The notes under the pieces: model-generated | The model's database searches: none | What the model saw: only the letters and a program-made list of their open reading frames with translations | What the model was told of the DNA's origin: nothing | Assembly (NCBI GenBank): GCA_002104945.1 | Contig: MCFH01000049.1 | Coordinates: forward strand, 357,780-421,779 | DNA length: 64,000 bases | Direction: 5' to 3' | From: Piromyces finnis finn | Taxonomy: Eukaryota > Fungi > Neocallimastigomycota | Position numbers and translations under genes: made by a program | Shown here: piece by piece, positions 54,117-64,000 of the stretch | How the letters are laid out: every line of letters begins with the position of its first letter | Numbering within the stretch: the stretch's first letter is position 1

Positions 54117-54855
54117 AGAATAATTAATATAAAATTTAATTTAGAACTAGTAGATAATATAAATATAATGGAATTAATAATAATATATAAAATAAATATA
54201 GAAACATTAATAAAATAAGAAATAACATTTATTTATGTACAATAATTTCTCGTGATAATCATAATTTAAATATACGCCACGACTATAACTTTTTATGTAA
54301 ATTTAAGATTTTTATCGGATTTTATGTAATTATTATAAATTTACCAATTTATAATAATTAAGGTTTATAATTTATATTTTATATCAAATCTCTCTAATTA
54401 ATTATTAAGCATCTATATATTATGAAATTTCTAGAATTAAATATAATTGAATATCAATTATATAATGCATTCATAATATATGACTGATAATTAAATAAGA
54501 TATAATATAATATATTTTACATAAATGAAATATTACTATAAAAGTAAAAAGTAATGTAATACAAATTAGTATTACAATAAAATGAAATTCTACATTGAAT
54601 CATGAATATAAATATTAATATATAAGAATATTAAATTAATTCTTAAATTTAATATGAAAGAAAAAAGCCAAAAAATAAAGTTATTTTGTATTATTCAATA
54701 AAGAATATTCAAAAAATTCAATGATTCATCATCATTTACTATGAATAGACACAAGGTTTTAGATTTAGATAGGTGTAATTCTATTACAAGTAATAATTTA
54801 AATACATGATTTTCTTTATTAAATAAAACATTCTTGCTTGTTCACTACAAATAAC

Positions 54856-55279
54856 TTTTTTTTTAACGACATCAACTATTTTTAAACTTTATTATTAAAA
54901 TTATAATACATGTTATAAAAAAAATATGTCTTAATAAACACAAATAAAAATAAAAAAAAAAATAGGATTAAATAAACACAAATGAATAAAAATTGGGTAT
55001 AATATATTCAAGTCACTTTAATTAAAGTAAGAAAGCCACTATCATACTAAAGTACAATAATTGTATTTGACTTCCAATGGGACACCTAGTCAAAGATCTC
55101 CATTGGTTGTGCTGGCCCTCCTGGCCTGTCATACTGTTTCTTCAGCATTGACGCTCTTGGCTGTTGCTTCAAACCTTTTGAACATTGATCATTGCTGGTC
55201 AATAACAAAAGGCATGATTATGGTTAGAAGTTCTGCTGTTATCGTCAAGAATGGTCAAGAATGGTGTTCCTTTGTAAGT
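54856..55279 (-). mobile_element. 5'-truncated copy of the 11-16 kb LINE family
   Basis: Aligns to about 10955-11395. Short A tail. Lacks 30 bp between two GATC motifs (11192-11225 in the full copy). Possible 7-bp TSD AAATAAC (54849-54855, 55286-55292). Confidence 0.9.
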
Positions 55280-55816
55280 GAGTAAAAATAACTAACAAGA
55301 AGAGATAACTCTTACGTTTCTTGTAAGAGTGTACCTGGTTAATAAATAAATTTCTTTCCTACAAAAAAATTCATTTTAATAAAATGAAAATTATCTGTGT
55401 TCTTCCTTGCCCTTTATTAAAATCACTTAAATACCCATTCTAGTCATTTAGGTTCAATTTAAAAAAAAAAAATTCTTTTTTAAACCCATTAAATTAACCA
55501 GTAAAATGAATTTCAAATAATTTTTATGCAATTAATTAAAAAAATTCAAATGATCCACAAATTATTTTTTTTAAAAAAAACACAAATAAATCTATTGAAA
55601 TTTTTTAAATGAAAATACTTTTTTTTTATTTTGTTTTGTTTCTTAATAACTTGTAAATATAAATACTTTATATATATTTTTTCTCTTTAATAATGTATGT
55701 TCGAATTTTTTAAAAATTTCTAAATTTTTAATTTATTTTATTTGTTTTTCCATATAAAATTATATTTATAAATTTTTGTTTTTAATTTATAATGATATAG
55801 ATTAGATGTTCGTTAT

Positions 55817-57292
55817 TTATAAACATTGATAATAGTAATCACTAATTTTTTGGCATTTAAATCCTGATTGACAACAAGTTGGTCCATTAAAACCTATACC
55901 ACCACATTGTTCCCATCTAGAAGCACAGTTTTGAGCTTGAGCTCCATTAGTTGGAGATGAATTTCCACCAACAGTTACTGTAATTGTTTCCTTCATAGTA
56001 ATTGTTTCTTTTTTGGTAACAGTGATAGTAACAGGAGCACATCCATTTGAAATTGTTTTAGTGGTAGTTGGAATAACCTTGGTTGAAGTAGTAGTGGTTG
56101 GAATAACCTTGGTTGAAGTAGTAGTAGTTGGGATAACCTTAGTGGAAGTAGTAGTAGTTGGGATAACCTTAGTGGAAGTAGTAGTGGTTGGAATAACCTT
56201 GGTTGAAGTAGTAGTAGTTGGGATAACCTTAGTGGAAGTAGTAGTAGTTGGGATAACCTTGGTAGAAGTAGTAGTTGGGATAACCTTGGTAGAAGTAGTA
56301 GTTGGGATAACCTTGGTAGAAGTAGTAGTGGTTGGAATAACCTTGGTTGAAGTAGTAGTGGTTGGAATAACCTTGGTAGAAGTAGTAGTGGTTGGAATAA
56401 CCTTGGTTGAAGTAGTAGTAGTTGGAATAACCTTAGTGGAAGTAGTAGTAGTTGGAATAACCTTGGTTGAAGTAGTAGTAGTTGGGATAACCTTGGTTGA
56501 AGTAGTAGTAGTTGGGATAACCTTAGTGGAAGTAGTAGTAGTTGGAATAACCTTGGTTGAAGTAGTAGTAGTTGGAATAACCTTGGTTGAAGTAGTAGTA
56601 GTTGGAATAACCTTGGTTGAAGTAGTAGTGGTTGGGATAACCTTAGTGGAAGTAGTAGTAGTTGGAATAATCTTGGTGGAAGTAATAGTAGTTGGGATAA
56701 CCTTGGTGGAAGTAGTAGAAACAGATGGAACTATTTTAGTAGAAATTTCAACTGGAGAAAAAGTTGTACTACAACCATTTCTAAAAAAACCACTTGGTTT
56801 CATAGTGTAACTCTTTTTATAACAATATAAAGTTTTATCATGAATAATATATTCAGTATTTTCTTTAAGTGTAAGTTTTATTTGATCTAAGTCATATAAT
56901 TCCTTTGGATCAAAAGCACTTTTTTGGTTTGGACTTGCGGTAGCAATAACATCATCCTTACTAAAACCAAGATCTGGACATTCAATTTGAGTATAGATTG
57001 GTACACCTTTAACAGAATCATAGATAGTTACTGGACCTCCTTTACAATTTTCCAAAAACTTTGTACAATATTCATATGCTTTTGGAACAACAGTGTAAAC
57101 TGGGATATCTAAAGCATTTGTTTTTGATGGAGTAATACTTGTAGTAACAGATACAAGCTTTTGTGAAGTGGAACATACAGTTCTGTATGGAACAGTTTTA
57201 GTTGAACCAGATTTAGTAATGGTATTTACAGTTGTTGAACTAGAGGCTGTAATTAAACCTAATAAAGTTAAAAATAAAGAACCAGTCTTCAT
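55817..57292 (-). CDS. Secreted protein: Cys-containing N-terminal domain, Thr-rich mucin-like repeats, C-terminal CBM1
   Basis: Signal peptide MKTGSLFLTLLGLITASS. 22 copies of (T)TTTSTKVIP. Terminal CBM1 CASRWEQCGGIGFNGPTCCQSGFKCQKISDYYYQCL. No catalytic motif recognised. Confidence 0.88.
   Translation of the reverse strand: MKTGSLFLTLLGLITASSSTTVNTITKSGSTKTVPYRTVCSTSQKLVSVTTSITPSKTNALDIPVYTVVPKAYEYCTKFLENCKGGPVTIYDSVKGVPIYTQIECPDLGFSKDDVIATASPNQKSAFDPKELYDLDQIKLTLKENTEYIIHDKTLYCYKKSYTMKPSGFFRNGCSTTFSPVEISTKIVPSVSTTSTKVIPTTITSTKIIPTTTTSTKVIPTTTTSTKVIPTTTTSTKVIPTTTTSTKVIPTTTTSTKVIPTTTTSTKVIPTTTTSTKVIPTTTTSTKVIPTTTTSTKVIPTTTTSTKVIPTTTTSTKVIPTTTTSTKVIPTTTSTKVIPTTTSTKVIPTTTTSTKVIPTTTTSTKVIPTTTTSTKVIPTTTTSTKVIPTTTTSTKVIPTTTTSTKVIPTTTKTISNGCAPVTITVTKKETITMKETITVTVGGNSSPTNGAQAQNCASRWEQCGGIGFNGPTCCQSGFKCQKISDYYYQCL
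56064..56718. repeat. Coding 30-bp minisatellite (22 units, two of them 27 bp)
   Basis: Unit GTTGG(A/G)ATAACCTT(G/A)GT(T/G/A)GAAGTAGTAGT(A/G), counted by eye. Confidence 0.92.
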
Positions 57293-57863
57293 ATTTATAA
57301 TTTTATTTAAATCTAAACTATTTTAAAAAAAATGTCCTTTATATATTTTTATTTTATTTTTATTTTTATTTTTTTATAATTACTTTTCTTTTTGTTATTA
57401 TTTTTTTACTTTTTATTATTTTTATTTTTTTACACAAAATTTAATCTTTTTATATTTTTTTTTAATATAAAAAATTTTTCTTGTGCTATCTATTTTAAAT
57501 TAAATTTTTTTTTTTTTAAAAAAATCTCAAAAACTTTTTTTTTCTTATTTTTTTTTTTCTTTAGCAGTAATAAAGCTTCAAAAAAAAAAGAAAGAGATAT
57601 TTTACAGCAAATATTAGAAATATTAAAATTGCACTAAACGTCCTTTTTTCTTTAAGAAAATATTAAATAAAGAAAGGTAAAAAAAAAAAAAAACTTAAAA
57701 TTTGAAAAATTCCACTTTTCATTAAAATGTCTGTTGTTGAAGGAAAAAATGATTAATTTTGTTTGTTGTTTGTCATACCTTCCAATTTAATCATCCATTT
57801 TTAATTTATTAATAAATGAATGAATAAATTACTAAATAAATAAATAAATAAAAAAAGGTTAAA

Positions 57864-58670
57864 AAATTTCAATGTTCCTTTTTGTCTAGTTTTCTTTCCT
57901 CTATTTTTGTCATACCTTCAAGTCATGTGAAAATGCTTTGTGATACAAGATTTAATCTATTTTAACAGATTTTCATATTAAAATATAATTTATTTATTGT
58001 TTGAATAAATTGTGTAATAATATATAAATAATATAAATAGACTATTTAAAATTTATATTGAATCATATAATAAATCAAAACTTGATTGAATAATAAAGAA
58101 GCTTTTTTAATTTTGTTAGAATATGTGAAACGTTATGTCACATGTATTCAAATGTATTGAAATATATTAAAACGTATTTGTATATATTGTATTTGATTAT
58201 ATGTTTAAGTCACAATGTAAATGTATAAATACATGTAGTTTGAGAAGAATGTAACGCAAGTAGTTCTTTATCATAAAATATATTAATAAAGTTGACATAA
58301 TTATAAACCTAAATCCTAAATTAAACAACTCTTAATAAAATTTCAATGTTCCTTTTTGTCTAGTTTTCTTTCCTCTATTTTTGTCATACCTTCAAGTCAT
58401 GTGAAAATGCTTTGTGATACAAGATTTAATCTATTTTAACAGATTTTCATAAACAACATAGTAATATATTATTTTATATATTATTATATATATAGAGTCA
58501 ATTGTATATAATTCAGATTATGAATACAAAAATAATTTATTAAAATATAATTTATTTATTATTTGAATAAATTGTGTAATAATATATAAATAATATAAAT
58601 AGACTATTTAAAATTTATATTGAATCATATAATAAATCAAAACTTGATTGAATAATAAAGAAGCTTTTTT
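57864..58670. repeat. Local duplication of two adjacent blocks upstream of the NSS gene
   Basis: 57864-57977 is repeated at about 58338-58451, and 57978-58108 at about 58540-58670, nearly identically. Confidence 0.85.
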
Positions 58671-58875
58671 ATTTTTTTTTAAATAAATTATAATAATATA
58701 AAAAAAATAATTTAAATTATTATTATATAATTATATAAGAAAAGAAAAAAGAAAATATTGGCTTCTTAATAAATAAAAGAGTCAAAGGAAGAAGAAGAAA
58801 AAAAAAAGAATATATATATAATAAAAATTATTAAATATATATTTATAAAAGTAGAAAAAAATAAAATAAAAAAAA

Positions 58876-60413
58876 ATGTCTGTTGTTGAAGGAAAAAAAA
58901 ACTCAACAAAATGAATGGGGTAGTAATCTTTCATTCATTTTAGCTATGATTGGATCAGCAGTTGGTCTTGGAAATATTTGGAGATATCCATATGTACTTT
59001 GTTTTAATGGTGGTGGTGCTTTTTATATTCCATACCTTGTAGCTATTCTTTTAATGGGTGTACCTTTTCTAATTTTAGAATATGGTGTTGGTTACAATTA
59101 CAAATCATCATTTGCTAAAGCTGTCAAAAAGATTCATTCAAAATTCGAATTTTTAGGTTGGTTTTTACCAGTATCAGTATATATGATTATGATTTATTAT
59201 TCAGCCATTTTAGGTTGGGATGGTATATATATCGTATTAAGTTTTTTCAAAGGTTGGGGTAACGAACCAAAAACTTACTTTGGAAAAGAACTTTTACAAT
59301 CCACTGAAAGTTATACCGGATTATTTCATTTCCTTCCAATTATTGCTATAGCTATGCTTATTGGTTGGGTAATTATTTGGTTTATTTCTCATAGAGATTT
59401 AGAAAAAGGTCTTGGAAAATTATCAAAATTATTGGTTCCATTATTATTCATTATTATGGTATTTATTGTTATTTACTCTTTATCTCTAAGTGGTGCTTCT
59501 ACCGGTTTAGAAAAATTATTTAAACCAGATTGGTCAAATTTATTAAAGTTTGATATATGGATGGCTGCCTTTGGTCAAATCATTTTTTCTCTTAGTCTTG
59601 GTATGTCTATTGCCTTTACCTATGCCAGTTACACTAAAAAGGAAACTGATTTAATTACCAATACTTTATCTATTGCTATCGCTAATTGTTCATTTGAAAA
59701 CTTTGCTGCTCTTGGTGTATTCTCTATTTTAGGTTACATGGCCAATCAATCAGGAAAAAGTATGGACCAACTTTTAGATACAAAAAGTGCTGATGGATTA
59801 AATATTCAAGGTGCTGGATTAGTATTTGTTGTTTATCCAACTATTTTAAATGTATTAGGAAAGTTTTCTGTAATTATTGGTCCATTATTCTTCATTACTG
59901 TTTATCTTGCTGGTATTACTAGTATTTTATCTACTATTGAACCATTATCCTTTTCAATTCAAAATAAATTCGGATGGTCTAGACACACTACAATGTCAGT
60001 ATTATGCGGTATTGGTGCTGTTATTTCAATGCTTTATGCCACCCAATTTGGTGGAATCTCTTTTAGGTATTGTAGATACCTTTATCAATCAAGTTGCCAT
60101 TTTAATTGGTGTTGTATTAGAATGTGTTGTCTTTGCTTGGATATTTGATTCTAAGAAATTAATTGGTTTCTTAAATAATAAAAGTAGATTCTTAAAGGTG
60201 GGTACATGGTGGTTACTTATTGTAAAAATTATTCTTCCAATCTTTATTATCATTATTTGGGTTGGTGGTTTAATTGATAGTATTAAATCTGGAACAACAG
60301 AACAATTAATATTTACTTTAATATCTGCGGCTGTATTAATAATTGCAACCTTGGTATTTACTTTCTTACCAGCTAAAAGTGAAGAATGGGAACAAACAGA
60401 GGATAGAGTTTAA
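58876..60413 (+). CDS. Prokaryote-type Na+-dependent transporter (NSS/SNF, SLC6 family), intronless, with two +1 frameshifts (pseudogene or sequencing error)
   Basis: EWGSNLSFILAMIGSAVGLGNIWRYPY, NGGGAFYIPY, WMAAFGQIIFSLSLG, GAGLVFVVYP, LAGITSILSTIEP. The ATG at 58876 is out of frame at a 9-A run (58893-58901) and a second shift lies near 60055. Stop at 60411-60413. Confidence 0.88.
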
Positions 60414-62129
60414 ATTTTTATTTTCCCAATGAAATAGATGCTATACCCATATATATATTTCTGAATTATTCATCATAATATGACTTTTATGAATTATTTA
60501 AAGGATTATCCATTCAATATAGTAAAGAATTATATATATATATGTATATTAATTTGATTGATAAGAAACCAAATAAAAACAAGCAATATATTTAAGATAA
60601 CATTTGTCAAGGAATAATTCATTTTACCGATATATTATGAAAATTATGAAAAAGAAAATCAACAACAACAAATCAAGATAGATATAACATTAATGGTGTG
60701 TTATATAATAACAATAATCGTATTTTTTTTTTTTTTTTTAAAAAAAAAAAGAAATGCTTAATATATCAATAAATTAAAAATATTTATATAATTTATATAG
60801 TAGTTTAAAATATCTTTTAAAATAAATTATAATTAATTATTTATTAACAACAACTTTTCAACAATAGATTTTTTTTTTTTTTAAAAATATAAAAAAATAT
60901 TTAATTTTTTCATTGTAAATATTTATTATAACTAAAATAATAAATTAAAATAACTTATTAATAAAAAATAAAATAATGATAAAATATATACGTATTTTAT
61001 ATAGTAAAAAATATATATTTTATGTGTCCTTTTTTTAATCTTTTATTCTTTGATCAATTATATCATATATATAATATATATAATTTAGGTAAAAAGTATA
61101 TAAATTTATCAATAATCTTTCAAGTAATCATCAATTTTAGAAATGTAGGATTAAAAGTTGGAACATCTATAATTTTAAAAATAAATGGAAATCGTTTTAG
61201 CCTTTATAAGAAATAATATTCTAAATTTTAAGATATGAAATTACCTTTTTCCTTATTAGAGAGGTAATAATAGAGGACCAACTGTACCAAATGATAAAAA
61301 TAGTTCAATTATTGTTATTTACTAGTTATTAACTTATTATTATATATATTTCAACGTAAAATATTAAAAAGATGATATAGAAAAATATTGAAAAATTACA
61401 TTTTTTGAGTATTCAAATCAAAATTTTAGTATTAATAATACTATTTGAGTTTTAACAACAACAACAACAACAACAAACAAATCTTATTTATCTAAATACT
61501 ATCATCTAAATTTATAAAAAGGTTAAAATGAATATATAACTATTTATAACATATATGGGATCATAAGCATAGAATAACAGGCATTTATCATTACAACATT
61601 TGGCAACAACTAATATTAATATTAAATAACATAGAATGTTGAATAACAATACATATTTTGTAATTACAACATTGAACAAGCAAATATAATAAAACATTGA
61701 ACGAAATGAAAATTTATTATTTCCTAAAGTATCCATAAATATTAAATTAAATTATAAAACAGATTTCCTTTTAAATACTTTTTTTTTTTTTTTAACAATT
61801 AAATTTTTTAATCATAGAATCAAGTATAAAAAAAAGTGTCTTTTTATGTTTCATATTTCATATGATATTACTTTTGATGTATGACAAAATATATTAAATT
61901 TATAATTATTAATAAAGTTTCAATTAATAAATTAAACTAAATTTAATTAAAATTATATTAACTATCAACCTTATTTGACTCATTCATTTTCTATAATACA
62001 AATATATTAAAATCGAAGTTGATAATTAATATAATACCTAAAAGTATCATTGTAAAATATTAGAATATTCTATTAATTGTTAAATGAAAATTTCTATCAA
62101 AGCCTTGTCGTAGTGAAAGTAATAATCAA

Positions 62130-62537
62130 AGTAATAGTAATAGTAATAGTCAAAGTAATAGTAATAGTAATAGTAATAGTAATAGTAATAGTAATAGTAA
62201 TAGTAATAGTAATAGTAATAGTAATAGTAATAGTAATAGTAATAGTAATAGTAATAGTAATAGTCAAAGTAATAGTAATAGTAATAGTAATAGTAATAGT
62301 AATAGTAATAGTAATAGTAATAGTAATAGTAATAGTAATAGTAATAGTAATAGTAATAGTAATAGTAATAGTAATAATAATAGTAATAGTAATAGTAATA
62401 GTAATAGTCAAAGTAATAGTAATAGTAATAGTAATAGTAATAGTAATAGTAATAGTAATAGTAATAGTAATAGTCAAAGTAATAGTAATAGTAATAGTAA
62501 TAGTAATAGTAATAGTCAAAGTAATAGTCAAAGTAAC
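62130..62537. repeat. (GTAATA)n microsatellite with GTCAAA interruptions
   Basis: Hexamer array, mirrored as (TATTAC)n at 63707-64000. Confidence 0.95.
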
Positions 62538-64000
62538 AACATAAGAAATAATGTATATAGAGAAAATTAATATATCCATTCATTTAGTAGTATTATATCT
62601 TAATGCCTTTTATTAAAAATATATCTTTTTATTATTAAGTTATGATTAATATGAATTTATGTTATTAAGAATACAATGAAAATAAAATATAAAATTTTTG
62701 AAGTATTATAATAAACAGTAAAAAAAAAAAAAAAAGAAAAAAATTAATTATTATTTAGATAATATAAATAACTATAATATTTTTTATTTATACAATGACT
62801 CTATTATTAAGAAGGAATTATAATTTTATTTTTTTAATCTTTATAATAAGAAAAAAAAAAGAAAGAGAAAATAGTTGTAAATTGTTAAAAAAGATAAATT
62901 ATTGAAATTTAAAGTTTTTATAGAATATATTTGAGTAATAAAAATTGTATGATGAATTAGTAATTTAATAATTATTCTAATTTTTGACGATTTTAGCCAG
63001 AAGAAATTCGACCTCTGCCATTATATATATTAATTACCGTGTAACTTTTTTTTTTTGTTATTTAAATGATATCAATTACTTTATTAATAAATTTTTACTT
63101 TTTTATAATAATAATAAAAATTTATTATATTATTATTATAAAAAAAAAAGTAAAAATTATTATAAAATAATTGATATCATTTAAATAACAAAAAAAAAAA
63201 AGTTACACGGTAATTAATATATATAATGGCAGAGGTCGAATTTCTTCTGGCTAAAATCGTCAAAAATTTAGAATAATTATTTAAATTACTAATTCATCAT
63301 ACAATTTTTATTACTCAAATATATTCTATATAAAAACTTTAAATTTCATAATTTATCTTTTTTTAACAATTTACAACTATTTCTCTTCTTTTTTTTTTCT
63401 TATTAAAAGATTAAAAAAATAAATTATAATTCCTTCTTAATAATAGAGTCATTGTATAATAAAAAATATTATAGTTATTTATATTATCTAAATAATAATT
63501 AATTTTTTTCTTTTTTTTTTTTTTACTGTTTATTATAATACTTCAAAATTTTATATTTTATTTTCATTGTATTCTTAATAACATAAATTCATATTAATCA
63601 TAACTTAATAATAAAAAGATATATTTTTAATAAAAGGCATTAAGATATATACTACTAAATGAATGGATATATTAATTTCTCTATATACATTATTTCTTAT
63701 GTTGTTACTTTGACTATTACTTTGACTATTACTATTACTATTACTATTACTATTACTATTACTTTGACTATTACTATTACTATTACTATACTATTACTAT
63801 TACTATTACTATTACTATTACTATTACTTTGACTATTACTATTACTATACTATTACTATTATTATTACTATTACTTTACTATTACTATTACTTTACTATT
63901 ACTATTACTATTACTATTACTATTACTATTACTATTACTATTACTATTACTATTACTATTACTATTACTTTGACTATTACTATTACTATTACTATTACTA
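62237..64000. repeat. Large, nearly spacer-less inverted repeat centred near 63120 and running off the window end
   Basis: Unique sequence 62533-63120 is the reverse complement of 63121-63708. Spacings of the microsatellite interruptions mirror each other (12/42/66/144 versus 12/42/65/141). Confidence 0.95.

Noticed and set aside
55309-55331. 8-bp hairpin next to the truncated LINE as evidence of a twin-priming inversion
   Set aside because: There is only a 12-bp match to the LINE leader, too short to support in this base composition.
56013-56810. 265-aa Val-rich ORF
   Set aside because: It is the antisense shadow of the Thr-rich repeat gene.
62077-62583. Poly-Tyr, (IT)n and (VI)n ORFs
   Set aside because: They are translations of the (GTAATA)n microsatellite.
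63707-64000. (TATTAC)n as a telomeric repeat
   Set aside because: It is not G-rich, it is interrupted, and it is simply the mirror of an internal array that is flanked by unique sequence at 62.1 kb.

Overview
Extremely AT-rich, intron-rich eukaryotic DNA, most consistent with an anaerobic gut fungus (Neocallimastigomycota; inferred from base composition, short GT-AG introns, a CBM1 protein and intronless prokaryote-like genes). The left part (1-35.5 kb) is a housekeeping block: WD40-type inositol 5-phosphatase, PP5, RPL13, CBP20, EFG1, a BRD7/9-like bromodomain protein and Miro/GEM1. It is interrupted by one full-length, TSD-flanked APE-RT LINE. The right part (38.6-64 kb) is accessory. It holds a GPI-anchored protein with two near-identical bacterial-type ZinT domains, a four-element nest (a Copia containing a LINE 3' fragment and a complete chromovirus, which itself contains a poly(A) insert), a truncated LINE, a mucin-like CBM1 protein, a frameshifted prokaryote-type NSS transporter and a terminal fold-back palindrome. 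Best leads: the ZinT surface protein, two non-canonical LTR priming signals (a half-tRNA-Lys PBS and an 11-nt self-priming PBS), a structured duplicated LINE 5' leader with an RRM-like domain fused to the ORF, and a covarying 3' pentaloop shared by the LINE-type inserts. All coordinates, exon boundaries and family calls were read by eye with no database searches.
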